A program made the position numbers and the translations under genes. A stretch of 64,000 nt of DNA from NCBI GenBank assembly GCA_963693365.1, contig CAVNZM010000003.1:3605106-3669105 (forward strand), given 5' to 3'. Below the pieces are notes generated by a model. It had not been told where the DNA came from, did not search any database, and saw only the letters and a program-made list of their open reading frames with translations. The stretch comes from Amoebidium appalachense. Its lineage: Eukaryota > Protista > Ichthyosporea. Within the stretch, counting starts at the first letter, position 1; the number at the start of each line of letters is the position of its first letter. This document shows positions 1-17,161 of the stretch, in pieces.

Positions 1-37
1 CAGGAAATAGTGAACGTAAATAGCAAAACAAGCAGCA

Positions 38-96
38 CCCTACTACTTGAGACACAGTTTCTTCGCCCCTACTACTTGAGACACAGTTTCTTCGCC
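38..96. repeat. 29-bp tandem duplication upstream of the Ctr gene
   Basis: ccctactacttgagacacagtttcttcgc occurs twice in tandem. Confidence 0.9.
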
Positions 97-168
97 AAGG
101 TTGAACATGCCGGAAGCCGTGAACACAGTGTGGGGGAAAAAAAAAAGAAAAAGAAACCGGCGTTCACA

Positions 169-174
169 TATAAA
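169..174 (+). promoter_or_regulatory. possible TATA box upstream of the Ctr gene
   Basis: TATAAA about 240 nt upstream of the ATG at 414; motif match only. Confidence 0.3.
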
Positions 175-413
175 GCCGCCTTTAGTTTGACTTGTCCCTG
201 TTTTCTGTTTTCTATCTCGGCGGGCTCAGCACAACATACTAAAGAACATTCGCTTTTGTAATTTTCGAACGTGCACCTGTTTTACAAGGACCCGATTGCC
301 TATGTATTAGGATGATGACATCCCCATAACAATCTAAAGGAAAAGGTAGCTAGACAACACGCTTTTCCTGTTGAAGCCATACACTACAGAAGAAACTCGA
401 CATAGACGGTAAC

Positions 414-1796
414 ATGGATCACAGTGGACACGGTGCGCACGCACACGCACAACACGCAAGTGATGCAGCCGCCGGTCAGAGTGTGGAAAGTGGGGGCGTG
501 CACATGATGATGCAGATGGCCTTTAGCTCCAAGCTGCCTGTTACAATTCTGTTTGAACATTGGACTGTTGCCACTGACCAAGGTTCGTTTTTGTCTCTTT
601 CTCCACCCAGAAACTTATGGCCGCTCGATACTGACTATGTGTTTACTGGGCCTTATAGGCGACCTTCTCGTTGTGCATGGGGTGGTATTTTCTGCTGGAG
701 TTGATTATGTGCAAGTGCTTTTTTTCCTAAGATTAACTGTGCACATTCTTCTCTGCTGGTGTGGGCCTTTTTTTTCTTCAATGGTTTTCTTTCCTGCTTG
801 CTCCTTTTGGATGGTTGCACCCCAAAGTGACACGGGTGCATAGCCATCCGTTAAGGGTTTTGTGCTTGTGTACCTGTTTAAATTTTGTTTGTGTGTGTGT
901 GTCTGTTGGGGGGGGAGGGGGGAAGGGGGGGGAGGGAAGGTAGACAGATGCATGATAGAAAGGTTTATTCTGACGGGGGAAGAGTGATAGGGTAGGTTGT
1001 ACATGTTGGGGGGGGGGGGGGGGGGGGGGGGAGGGGGGAGGGGGGGGGGGGGGAGGGGAGAGAGACAGGGGAAGGGAAGAGGGGATGGTGGGGGACGGGG
1101 CGCTGGGGGGAGGGGGGGGGGGGGAGGAGAGGGAGAGAGCGAGGGGGTAAGGGGGGAAGGGGAGGGGGGGGGGGGGGAGGGGGGGAGTCTTAGAGGTGCG
1201 GAAATCTGTTGAGGCAGGGGGATAGGGTATGAGCTTGGTGGTAGGGTTTGGGGGTGGGGCGGAGTGGGCGAGGGCAACGGGGGGCGGGGGGGGGGGGGGG
1301 GGGGGGAGGGGGGGGGGGAAGGGGGGGGAGGGGGGGGGGGGGAGGAGGGGGGAGGGGGGAAGGGTGCAACGAGGAAATGAACCTCCTTAGCACACATGGT
1401 TATTGCTTCGGTATTTATTCTTCTTTGCCTTGTTTCGTCGGCTGGAGAGAGGGGGGGGGAGGGGGGAGGGGGGAGGGGGAGGGGGGGGAGGAGGGGGGGG
1501 GGGGGAGTGGGGTTGGTTACTGGAGATTCATATGTGGGAAGGGGTGAAGGGGATGGAATATGTCAATGGGTTATGGGGAGAAGAGGGGCTAGTGAATCAA
1601 GGGTTTTGTGTGTGTATGTCTGGAGGGGTAAGGGGGGAAAGGGGGGAGGGGAGGGGGAAGGTGGGGGAGGGGGGGGGGAGGGGGTTAGTTGCACGTAGTG
1701 GTGAGAAGGTAGAAGCATTATCTTTTGGAAAGGACACTGTTGTCCAGTTCATGTGTGGGGTGGTCTTCTTTCATTCATGCTTTCGTGTTTTGTTTC

Positions 1797-1871
<75 letters not shown>

Positions 1872-2110
1872 CTGAGGGAGGAAGGGGGGGCGGGGGGAGT
1901 GTCGGTATTTGCAAAGGAGCTATATGGTTTTCTGTGTATGTTTTTTTTTTTTTTTTGGAACGGGACAGGGAAGGGGGGGAGGGAGGGATGGGGGGGGGGG
2001 GGGGGGGAGGGGTTGTGTGTGTGGAGGAGGGGGGCCGGGCGTGGGGGGTGGGTGCATAGATTATTTGTGCAATCACAACAGGCACATACACACACAGACA
2101 CACACACGCC

Positions 2111-2148
<38 letters not shown>

Positions 2149-2170
2149 CACGCGCCCGCACACACAGACA

Positions 2171-2230
<60 letters not shown>

Positions 2231-2646
2231 AAGCAGCTTTTGCCATCTTTGAAGATAAGGGCCCACTGAACCTCCGCAACTGCCCATCTCACTTTACACG
2301 TCCTGTTACATCCTGGTGCTTACCTCCCACCTCAACCTTTACCAACTAAAACTCACCAACCTTGACCCCCTCCACCTCCCCCTCTTCCCCCTTCCCCCCC
2401 CCCCCCCTCCTCTCCCCCTCTCACCCCCCAGAATACTATGTGTCGTGGTTGGCCATATTTGCAACGTCTGTGTTTTGGATGTGGCTGCGAGGATTCAGGC
2501 AAGACTTTGAGGCTACGTGGGCAATAAGGAAAACAGGAAAAACACCGTAAGTGAGCCCCGCTTTTCCTGCTTTTTTCTATACACACGCACTGCACTCACT
2601 CCCCTTCCCTCTTCTCTCCCTCTCCCTCTCCCTCGCTTATACGTGC

Positions 2647-2685
<39 letters not shown>

Positions 2686-2712
2686 CTCTCTCTCTCTCTC
2701 TCTCTCCCCCCC

Positions 2713-2747
<35 letters not shown>

Positions 2748-2781
2748 CCTCCCTCCCTCCCCCCCCCCCCCCCCCCCCCTC

Positions 2782-2820
<39 letters not shown>

Positions 2821-2825
2821 CTTTC

Positions 2826-2875
<50 letters not shown>

Positions 2876-2880
2876 CCCTT

Positions 2881-2974
<94 letters not shown>

Positions 2975-3367
2975 TTTCCCCCCCCCCCCTTTTTCCCTCC
3001 TTTCCTTCCTCCCCCCCCTCTCCATCTCTCTCCCCCTCTCACCACTTCCCCCCCCCCCCCTCCTTCCTCCCCTCTTTCTCCATCCATCCCTCCCTCCCTC
3101 CCTCCCTCCCTCCCTCCCTCCCTCCCTCCCTCCCTCCCCCCCCCCTCCCCCTCTCCCTCTCCATCCTTCACTCTCCCTCTCGCTGTCACCCTTTCGATCT
3201 TCCTTCCAATCTCCCCCTCCTGCCGCATCTCCAACTCCTCCTCCACCACCTTCAGCAGTGGTTCACGTGACCGAGTCCTCATAATCTTTCCGTATCACTG
3301 GTGGTGTTGAATGTGTTTACGAACCAGCAGCCGCTGTGAATAGAGGATAGGATGGAAAGAAGGAAGG

Positions 3368-3399
<32 letters not shown>

Positions 3400-4054
3400 A
3401 ATCAGTTTGTTTCTCTCAGCAGTTGGTAAGCACCAACTGCATAGCCTGAAAGGATATGAGTTGCTCATAAATAGAAAGGTAACGGCATTCTTCGTGTGTT
3501 GATGATGATGTGAATTTGTCTGCTCTGCCTACTCACCCCCCCCCCCCCCCCCCCGGGTCTTCTCCCCTCCACTTCTCACAACACCAAGCACAAAAACACA
3601 TGCAATCACATGTGCATGCGTGAACACACACATGCACACACATACACACAGAGCGCACGCACACACACACACACACACACATGCATTCATTTTTAGCCTC
3701 CACAAACACTTACATATAGACAGGTTCGATCACAATGTTTTACCCACTCACAACCATCAGTGTAGGTAACATCTACACGGGGAGGAAAGCAATTTTTTGG
3801 GGGGGGGCAGGGGGGTCCAACACGAAAGAGTAACAGAATTTCACTCAATCAGGCTGCAGCTACTGACACACCAAGGTGTGAGGGGGGGTCTATTTGCACT
3901 GGAGCTTGCACTGAGCTATGTGCTGATGCTGGTGGCCATGACCTTCAACGTGGGTCTGTTCTGGGCCGTGGTTGGGGGGGCAACCGTGGGTTTTGTTGCG
4001 TTTGAAAGGCAACAACATAGTGGTAGGGCGGTGCCGGCAGGAGGTTGCCATTAG
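414..4054 (+). CDS. CTR1: Ctr/SLC31-family copper transporter (4 exons: 414-582, 2432-2546, 3724-3765, 3853-4054)
   Basis: His/Met-rich N-terminus MDHSGHGAHAHAQH...HMMMQMAF followed by ILFEHW; TM1 YYVSWLAIFATSVFWMWL; MxxxM motif (YVLMLVAMTFNVG); GxxxG (GATVG); C-terminal CH. All introns are GT-AG with compatible phases (1,2,2). The short exon 3 is the least certain. The symbol is family-level only. Confidence 0.9.
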
Positions 4055-4519
4055 TAGTACTAGTGCATGTTTCTGTTTTTGTTTCCACAAAACCTAAGGG
4101 AGGCTTTCTAAGTATGTTTGTGCACGTGGGCCCGGGTGTGTGAAATTGTTTCGGTGTGGTGTGTGTGTTTGGGGGAGGGAGAGGGATGCCCCTAGGGGGG
4201 GCCGGGGGGGGGAGGGGGGGGGGGGGGGGGGGGGGGGATACTGTTCCAGGCATGTGCTCGTCGTTAAGTGGCCAAAATTATGTGAAATTCATAGCTTTGG
4301 ATGAGAGCCAAACCGTTCACGGTGCTAAAGGAGACGTGCACAGCAAGTGACATGGCTAATACCTGTGCGACTAGCGCATCGGATATATGTAAATACGTTC
4401 GGAAGATAAAAACCGGCGTGCAGATGTCGATAGTTAACTGAATGAATGACCTCAAAATTTCTTACATTCCCACAGCCTGTAGCTGATACAACACTGTGTG
4501 TGTGCGCACGTGTGCGTGC

Positions 4520-4555
<36 letters not shown>

Positions 4556-4679
4556 GTGCGGGTGCGGGTGTGTGTTCGGGTGTGGGATTTGTTCATGAAT
4601 AACGGAGCCTACTTCACTACATACTGTGTCTGTATGTCGTTGTACAAGGGCAATACTCTATAACTGCATGTCTCCTATC

Positions 4680-5500
4680 TCAGTCCATGAGCACCCAGAA
4701 CCACAAAGTGTCGTCCACAATGTACTGAGCACCTTGCAGCTCGGCGGAACCAGTAAACTTGCCCCAGCCACATCCCGGTTCGTTGTCACCTGGGCGGCCA
4801 ACACGAGCCATGAGTCTCGGTCAGCGTCCCCAACAGATGGGTCGATCCATAGAGACTTGTGCTCGCATTTTGGGCTGTGGCCGAGTAGGGTGATGGTGAT
4901 CTTTCTATTGCAGGGCCACTCCAGTGGGCCCAGGCTATCGCTCGTAGTACACAGACACGTGGCCTTTGCCCTCTTCGGTGGTTCTGTTGAAGTACAGCCG
5001 CAGGCGGAAGGTGAAGCCAGAGGGCAGGGTGGCCTTTGCCGTATGCTCTAAGACACCCACTGGCCCAGCCACACCGGCAGCAACACCCCCCACACACACC
5101 GTGACACCCTGTGACAACCGAGGGCTGCCAGCAGCATCGTTTGGAAAGAACCGCTCAATGGGAACCCTCTCCTTCATGATAACCCTCAAACACACAAGGT
5201 CCAGCCGTTCGCGCTTGATCTCGCTAAGTTCCCACTCCAACTCCGACTCTCGTTTTTACCGCTGCTCCCGTTCCGTTTCCAACTCACGCACAAGACCGGC
5301 AAGGCGTGTGTTTTCATTGGCCACCAGCAACACGTGATCGGCCATGTCGGTGACCATGTGCTCCTTGATCTGTGCCGGGAGCATTTTGGCTCCACATCCG
5401 GCCACCGTGCAGGACACTTCCGTCTGGGGGCACACATCTGCCAGGTGTTTCTCCAAGCGACTGCGTGCAACCACCACCCCGCATTCGCAGTCCACCCGAC
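4680..5500 (-). pseudogene. TRAF: TRAF-family pseudogene (TRAF-type Zn fingers, coiled coil, MATH/TRAF domain)
   Basis: Fingers CECGVVVARSRLEKHLADVCP and CTVAGCGAKMLPAQIKEHM; then FTFRLRLYFNRTTEEGKGHVSVY, LEWPCNRKITITLL and RPGDNEPGCGWGKF...YIVDDTLWFWVLMD* (TRAF-C hallmarks). In-frame TAA at 5256-5258, TAG at 4935-4937, and two frameshifts near 4925 and 4815. No introns in this span. Confidence 0.85.
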
Positions 5501-6486
5501 ACCCAGAAGTATGTACTGTTGAAAGCGCGCATCATATGAGAATTGACTTACTGGCATGCAGCTTCATTGTTTATGCACCCACAGGTCACAGCCAAACACC
5601 ATGGTGAGGGACAGAATCAAAACGAATCGCCTAGGTGGAAGTATGTGGTTTGGAAAAGCATCATACCTCTTAGGGGAGAGTGGGGAGCGGGGGAAGGGGG
5701 GGCGGAAGGCGGGGGGGGAGGGGGGAGGGGGGGGATGTGGTGGTGGTGGTCCACGTGGCGGCAGTCGAGGGGGGGTCCATCCACACATCTCTTTGAACCC
5801 CCCTCCCCCCTTTCCTCCCCATTTCTTCCCCCCCCAAGCATCCCATTGCCAAATTTAGAACCCCCCCTCCCCCCCCCTCCCCCCCCCTCCCCCCCCCCCA
5901 AAAAAAAGGCTTTCAGAATAAAACCAGCTGGATGCAGAGGTATGCACGTGAAGGGAGAAAAGCGAGGAAGGAAACGTGATGGGGTTGTAGAAAAGCACTT
6001 AAGGGGAATCAAAAAGGGTAGGAAGATGCAGGGAAGCAAGGAAGAGGGGAGATGGTAAGAAGGGGACGCCTTTAGATAACAGGGGAAACCGAGGAGTGAG
6101 GGAGGGATGGAGTGATTCGGGCTACAGTTACAAAGTGAAGCCGGAAAGGTTCTCTAAAATAGGGATGGGCTACTTGAAGCAGATACTATGCGGAGACCAT
6201 TAGAAGAAAAGGTCGGCAGTTAGAAAATGCTGCAGCAGGAGTTGTAAAAGTAATGCAAGGTTCTTTGCAGTTAGAAGACCGAAGACACACCCATATACAT
6301 ACATAACCGAAGTCTCAGGAGCGGAATCTGATGCCGAGTGCGCATGTGTGAGGGTGGGGTGGCTACGGGGGCAAGGGGGAACAAGGAGAGAGAGGGGGGG
6401 GGGGGGGGGGGGGGGGGGGGGAGGCTTATATAATGATGACAAAGGGTCACTAATTTTGAACCGAAGGAGGGGGGGGGCTTGGCGGG

Positions 6487-6525
<39 letters not shown>

Positions 6526-7710
6526 GGGGGGGGGGGGGAGGAGGAGGAGGGGGGCAGTCTTGGAGTGAATACTGCTGGGTGGGGTCCAGCCGGGGAGGGA
6601 GGGGGGGGGGGGGGGGAGAAGAGGGGGGAGGGCGGGAAGCGTGGGGGGGGGGGAGGGGGGAGAGGGGAGAGAGAGAGAGAGAGAGATAAGTCGAGAGGGA
6701 AGCAGGGAGAGCGGATGGGAGGGAGGGAGGAACGAGGGAGGCAGGGAGAAAGGGAGGGAGGCAGGGAGGGAGATGCAGGGAGTAAGGGAGGGTGAGCGAG
6801 ACAGGCCCCGAGGGAGAGCGAGAGAGGCTGCTGAAAGAAAACGGAAAACAGCTTTTGCAACCCACGCCCACACTTCAACCAAGAACATCTGAAAGATGCC
6901 CCACACACGGGCTCCGAGTCACAAACGTACTCAACACACCTTTAAGCTCGGCGTATTGCACCTCGTCTTCACACAGCTCACACCGTACCCTCCTCTTTGG
7001 AAATTTGACCTAAAGTTTTTTAAACGTTTTTTCATGTTTTTTCGTGATCGCTTGAGCAGATCAAACTGTTTTGCTGGTATCTCAGTGTACGTGTGCAGGG
7101 GGTATAACAACACACTAACTGTGAAAACTTGGTGCATTTTGTTTGAACGGTTCCCAAGTTATTACATTTTTATTTTTTGAAACGTGTAAAACGTTATGCT
7201 CAAACCTGCATAACTAAGTTATACAATTTTACTTAGTTAATGTAAATTTGCCTCAAAAAATTCGTTAAAGTGCCTTAGAGAGGGAGAGACAGAGATTTAG
7301 AGAGATAGAGAGAGAGAGAGAGGAGAGAGAGACTGATTCTAGGAGAGAAACTCGGACGGAGAAAGAGAGAGAGAGAGAGAGAAAGATGCTCGGAGACTAG
7401 TGTGCAGATGTGTGTGGTTCAAGGTGAGAGAGAGTGTGCCACGGTGTGTGTGTGGGCGTCACGTTGTGTGTTTGTGTAGGCAAAAAGCCCGGTGTCAGTT
7501 AATCATTTGAAAGTTTCCGTCGCCCCAACCGCCGCACGCCGATGCATGAATGATGGTAGTACACAGTAGTAAGGCGATGCAGTTTTTCTGGCACTCAACA
7601 TAGTGTGTGTGTGTGTGTGTGTGTGTGTCGGTGTCACCTGTGTGTGCTGATGTGTGTGTGTGACGGTGTGTGTGTTTGTGTGTGAGTGTGTGCGGGTGAC
7701 CATGTTGGTG

Positions 7711-7754
<44 letters not shown>

Positions 7755-7918
7755 GTGTGTGCGTGCCACGGTACGTGTGCGTGTGTGCGTGTGTCCGTGT
7801 ATGCCGCAGCCTTGTGTGGCGTGACGGTGTCACGAGTGTGCGTGGGTGTGTCACAGTGTGTGGCTGCGTGTGTGACTGTTTGTGTGTGCCACACTGGCGT
7901 GCGTGTGTGTGTGTCACG

Positions 7919-7951
<33 letters not shown>

Positions 7952-8257
7952 TGCGTGTGTCACGGTGTGTGTGAGTGTGTGTGTACGTGCGCGCGCGCAC
8001 GCATATTTGTAGGTAAGGGGGGGTACGGAGGGGGAATGGCCGTTCGAAAGTTGAGAGAACAAGCAGATAAGTCAAAGGACGAAACAGGGACTTCGATAAA
8101 ACATTTCAGATTTCGATGGACACTAACACGCTAACTTAGCGATGTTTATTAGCAAGCAAGGAAGGAGTGTGGGGGGCCGTCACCAGGTGCGGCTTCTCAA
8201 AAACACGGAGCTCGCAAGGCTTAGTAACTCTGCGGACTATGAAGTGATGAACGGTTT

Positions 8258-8501
<244 letters not shown>

Positions 8502-8633
8502 TACGGTAACTACTGTTCTATATGTTATATAGTCATCGCTTTCGCTCTCCCTCTCTCTCTCCCCCCTCCCCCCCTCTCTTTCCGTCGCAGCTCTCTCTAA
8601 CTGGCTTAATGCCTCGGAGCCGAGCCTCTCACT

Positions 8634-8686
<53 letters not shown>

Positions 8687-8691
8687 CCCCC

Positions 8692-8760
<69 letters not shown>

Positions 8761-8773
8761 CCCCGGGCCTCTC

Positions 8774-8883
<110 letters not shown>

Positions 8884-8971
8884 CCCCCCCCCCCCCCCCC
8901 CCTCTCTCTCTGTCTCTCTCTCTCTCTCTCTAGCGCGCTCTCTCTCTCCCTCCCTCTCTCCCTCTCTCCCT

Positions 8972-9034
<63 letters not shown>

Positions 9035-9297
9035 CCCCCCCCCCCCCCCTCTCTCTAACCCTCTCCCTATCTCCCTCTCACTCTTGCGCGCGCGCTCTCT
9101 CTCTCTCTATTTGTGTGCCATGTGTTTTTGTGTGCGGCATGTGCGTGTATGTGCGTATGCGTGTGCATGCGCGTGTGTGTGTATGTGCACCGAGCAGTGT
9201 GCGTGTTTGTGTACATATTTGTGCATGTGTGAAGTTTTGAGTGTGTGTGCGCGGGTTTGGGTTTAAGTGTGCGTGCGTTCGTGAGTGTGTGCGTGCA

Positions 9298-9340
<43 letters not shown>

Positions 9341-9351
9341 CAGTGCGTGTG

Positions 9352-9408
<57 letters not shown>

Positions 9409-9424
9409 CGTGTCTGTTTGTTAC

Positions 9425-9500
<76 letters not shown>

Positions 9501-9510
9501 TGCTTGTCAC

Positions 9511-9554
<44 letters not shown>

Positions 9555-9574
9555 TGTGCCTTTGTGTGTGTGTG

Positions 9575-9633
<59 letters not shown>

Positions 9634-9939
9634 TGTGTGTGTGTCTGTGTGTGTGTGTGTGTTTGTAACGGTTTGTGTATGTGTGTGTGTGTCGACATGT
9701 ATGTGCCACAGTGTGTGTGCGTGTGTATGTGTGCCAGTGTGGGTGGTTGTGAATATTTGCGTGTGTGGGTGTGAGTCTGTGGGTCTGTGTGTTGGGGGGT
9801 TCAACGGCCATCATGATCAACCGGGCAGTCAAATAATGCCTCGCCTTAAGCTTATCATTCCATTCATTCAAGGCGGACTCTATCGGCGGAGCTCGGCATT
9901 ATATAATATTGAAAAAAAAAGAAAAAAAAACTAAAGAAC

Positions 9940-11240
<1,301 letters not shown>

Positions 11241-11731
11241 TCACCAACCCGAACCCAAGTATTAATAAATAGTACATATGCGACTCGATGTATGATCGGT
11301 TCTGAGGATCGGACGATCAGGTTTTGAATTTGTGCCCTAGCGATAACCATGAATGGAATTCAGTTCGGGCGACCAATCATTACAAGGTGCGTGTAGACCC
11401 AGTAGAATCAGCTTCATTTATCCTTGGAATGTGGTATTCTATCCGTTGGGCCCACAACCCTTGAGCCACAACATGGCCGATCATCTTGTAGTTTTCAACG
11501 TTAACAGGCTTGCTTGTACCCGATATTATGTACATGTACATGACCATAGGCCGGCCTATGCTGCGCTGCTGTGGTTATAGAAGGTGAGCGAGACAGGCTG
11601 CAGGGTGACAGTACTGAGGTTGATTGTTGTATGGCCGGAGCTCGAGGCCGCATGAGAATCGGATATTACGAACTTATTATGGGGGCCGTGGTGTTAGATA
11701 CATGTAGTAGTAACTTTGGGGGAGGGGGGGA

Positions 11732-11775
<44 letters not shown>

Positions 11776-11832
11776 AGGAAGGGGGGATGTTGGACAGGTG
11801 GGTGTTCCCCTCCCCCCCTGAGGGGGTGAGAC

Positions 11833-13040
<1,208 letters not shown>

Positions 13041-13077
13041 TGAGGGGTGGGGTGCCACGGTACCCCTTTGGACAGCG

Positions 13078-13116
<39 letters not shown>

Positions 13117-13176
13117 GGGGGGGGGGGGGGGGGGGGGGGACCCACCCATATGATCATGATGTCATGCATGAGCTAA

Positions 13177-13215
<39 letters not shown>

Positions 13216-13536
13216 CCACCCCATAGGCTGCAATCATGTGTCTATATATATTCAGGTACGGATCTGAGTAATATCCAGCAGTGGTATAATATATTTCCCT
13301 GGGAGGAAAATCGATATCACGGCTAATATTGGAAGACGTGTTTTTCTAATTTTCATTATTGATAAGAAACGTTTTATAACATCCCAAGGCGCGCGCTCAC
13401 ATACTTTGAATGCCGCGAATATAAGTGACGGTCGTTTTTTTTTTTATTTTTTTTTTTTTTTTAAAACGTCCGATGACTTCGAATTTCGTTGACCTTTCGA
13501 AGAATTCCTGACAAGCTCCGTGCTGCCCCCCCTGCC

Positions 13537-13577
<41 letters not shown>

Positions 13578-13934
13578 TCCCCTCCCCCTCCCCCCCTCTC
13601 CCCCCTCCCGGGCCCCTTCTTTGGAATTTATTATGCGTAACCTAACCTAAGGTCCATACCAAAATAACTCGTTTCCACATGTCTCCAAAACGAATCAAAT
13701 TTTCCAAAAGAATCAAAATCATCGATAATACCACATACCGTCGGACCAACTTCTAAGTGTCAGTCTCTCTCTCCCTCCCTCCCTCCCTCCCTGACCTCCC
13801 TCCCTCCCTCCCTCTTCCTCCTCTCTCTCTCTCTCTCTCTCTCTCCCCCCACCACCCCCCCCCGGCCCCATCTCTCGATCTCTCTCTCGCGTGCGCGCGC
13901 ACGCGCCTCTCTCTCGACTCTCAGGCTCTCTCTT

Positions 13935-13984
<50 letters not shown>

Positions 13985-14041
13985 TTCTACCCCCCTCCCC
14001 TCCTCTCTCACGTGTGTGTCGTGTGTGTGAATGTGTTCTCT

Positions 14042-14074
<33 letters not shown>

Positions 14075-14111
14075 TGTCCCTCTCTCTCTCTCTCTCTCTT
14101 AGACTTTATCC

Positions 14112-14144
<33 letters not shown>

Positions 14145-14147
14145 TCT

Positions 14148-14178
<31 letters not shown>

Positions 14179-14222
14179 CTCTCATGTGTGTGTGCGTGTG
14201 TGTGAATGTGTTCTCCCTCCCT

Positions 14223-14253
<31 letters not shown>

Positions 14254-14256
14254 ATC

Positions 14257-14291
<35 letters not shown>

Positions 14292-14480
14292 CCCCCCCCC
14301 CCCCCTCCCACCCTCTCTCATGAATCATGTTTGTGTGCGTGTGTGTGAGTGTTTTTCCTCTCTCTTTCTCTGTCTCCTCTCTCTTGTGTGTTAGGTCATG
14401 TACATGTGCCACTGAGTAAATATACATAATCACTGTGACATGGAGCCTCGGGGTGGCGTGCTGTGCCACCACTCCCTTTC

Positions 14481-14531
<51 letters not shown>

Positions 14532-14625
14532 CCCTCCCTCTCCCCCGGTGCGGACGTCATAAAGCACGAGCTGTGTAGTCAAATGGTTCAGATGATTCTA
14601 TTTATTTTTTTATTATCTACAAAGG

Positions 14626-14671
<46 letters not shown>

Positions 14672-14903
14672 CTGGTAACTGCAAATATGTATGCAAGTAC
14701 TTGTACAAGACTCGTAGGTACACATGCTTGCGATGTAACTCGTACAATTAAAGTTACTGAATTTTTAAAAGGTGGAATTACTAATTACACATTCATGCAA
14801 TATGCACTGCGGTATATTTTATGCAATCGCAAACCGTTCTTCACATGTGCATCCACCATTGCAATGGGTACATACGGTGGGGGTCGACTGCTTTGAGGTC
14901 ACT

Positions 14904-14963
<60 letters not shown>

Positions 14964-15177
14964 CGCGCACGCCCCCGCACATTTCACGTGCGTCTGTGCC
15001 CACATGCCAGCGAAAGCAGGGTGAAACGAGGCGGGGGAGGGAGGGGGAGGAGGAGATCACCAAAAAACTCGGACTATATATAGAGGCAGTCAAACATACA
15101 CATATCATACCTCTGGCACCTATCTGAATTAGATCTTCCGTAAAAGACAACCCGTAATTTTGAACCAGATATCCCAT

Positions 15178-16420
15178 TTAACCCTTTCTACCAGACACAC
15201 CCTTATTCATGCTAGCGGCGGCCCCACCGCTCCCCCACACCAAATCCCCAAACGGGTCGTTCGAAGAATTTTTCTTGCTGCTGTTTCCCAAGGTCGCAGC
15301 GGGCTGATTCGGCATCGCACCGAGCAAATTCTGATTGGCTAAGGTGGCCGTTCGTGGATTTTGATTGGTTGAAATCTGCCCTACAGACTGCGCCCTGGCA
15401 AATTGCTGCTGGTTGTAGGTACCGTGGGTCGTTTGTGATTGGTTATCTGTCATGCCGTTTGATGGCCACGCGGCAACTTGCGACCCGTTTGGCATTGTCG
15501 CACCGAATTCCATCCCTTTCTGCCCCATTCCATAACCGCCCACCGCCCAATTGTTGCTCGCGGCATAACCGTTTTGCAAGTTGGAAAACCCATTTGGTTG
15601 ATTTTGAAACCTTGGAGTCGGTGATAGTGATCCTCCATACATGCGGACACTCTGGGGGGACGGGTTGTTTGCAGCTGCTGTTGGGAAAACGGGAATTTGC
15701 GATTGGCTCGTGTTAGGTGTGGAATGTGGTTTTTGGGGATTGACTGCGGGGGAATACGAGAATGGGTCAAAGGACGCTACATGGGCCGAAGGAGAGGGGG
15801 AGGGGATCGTATCTTGTTTGAGCGTCATATCGGTGTTGCCATTTTCGGAATTTGAAATTTCAGACTGAGAGGGTTTAGGGGGCTTGACAGCTTTCCATCC
15901 GCCGAAATCCAAATCGAGCAAGACCTTCATCGTCACACTACTGTCCTCGGCCCTCGATACCCCCACACCACCGAAAGAGTCATTCACGTTCATTCCACCG
16001 AAAATTTCCGAAAGGAAATCCCCCTGTCCTTCGTTGGAAACCACAGAAACCGCCCCCATGCTTCCGGATTTCTCCCACGATGGCGTTTCGGAAAATCCAA
16101 AATCCGGTAAAAGTACATCGGAGGTATTTGCGGATACCGAAGCCGCGGAGGAAGGAGTGGGGGGTCCCAATCCCTCATCTCCAATTTCGATCAGACTGCC
16201 CTCACTCATAGACGAATCCAGAGTCGTAGGAGTTGCGAAAAACCCCTTTTTCTTCTCAGAAGTTGTCGCTGAGGATGCGGGTGCGGTTTGAAATTTGGGC
16301 GAAGGTCTAGGGGGTTGGGAGGAGTTGGATTCCGGGGGTGAGAGATCGGTGGCTGAACGGTGATTGGTTGACGCAGTGATGGCGACGACGGAGCGGGGTG
16401 GAAGGGATGGTGTTCCCTGT

Positions 16421-16453
<33 letters not shown>

Positions 16454-16519
16454 TATAAAGTTAGAGAAGGAAAAAAGAAGTGATGGTGGTGGTGTGTGTG
16501 TGTGTGTGTGTGGGTGGGT

Positions 16520-16558
<39 letters not shown>

Positions 16559-16593
16559 GGGGGGGGGAGGGGGGGAGGGAAGGGGGGAAAAGG

Positions 16594-16640
<47 letters not shown>

Positions 16641-16751
16641 AGGGGGCACAGCTGTATGCGTACTTAAAAATGTTGTGTCAAAGAGGTGTGGGAGTATAAG
16701 GCAAAGGCAAGGGGTACAGGCGGGAAGAGGGAGGAGGGGGAGGAGGAGGAG

Positions 16752-16785
<34 letters not shown>

Positions 16786-17013
16786 AAAGAGGCCCACTGT
16801 ACAGAGTGTGGGCCTTCAATCACCATGCAGGTACTATATATACCAGGAACATTTCTTGAAGGACATCCCAGGCAAAAAAAAAAAAAAAAAAAGAGAGAAA
16901 AAAAAAAAAAATTCAGAAATCAAAAATGTTTGAGGAAGAACTACTCAAAACAAATCAGGAATAGAATCCAAACTCGTGTCCGGGCAATAGACGGGCCAAG
17001 GTGGGAGGAGGAA

Positions 17014-17056
<43 letters not shown>

Positions 17057-17130
17057 GACAAAGGGAGATGAGGGGGGAAAGAAAAAGGGGGGGGGGGGGG
17101 GGGGGGGGGATTCTTTCACAGCCAACAAAC

Positions 17131-17161
<31 letters not shown>

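Noticed and set aside
705-3284. Long Pro/Gly/Ser-Leu/Arg-Glu ORFs here and similar His-Thr/Cys-Val ORFs throughout the window
   Set aside because: They are translations of poly-G/C and dinucleotide repeats inside introns or spacers
4935-5258. Alternative genetic code (TAA/TAG read as Gln)
   Set aside because: Intact genes terminate at TAG/TAA (Ctr, DENN, 7TM-A) and have no internal stops; the TRAF copy also has frameshifts
6900-7270. Transposon-end-like AT-rich sequence (similar stretches at 13400-13760, 47230-47350 and 52900-53300)
   Set aside because: No matching TIR pair or TSD could be identified by eye
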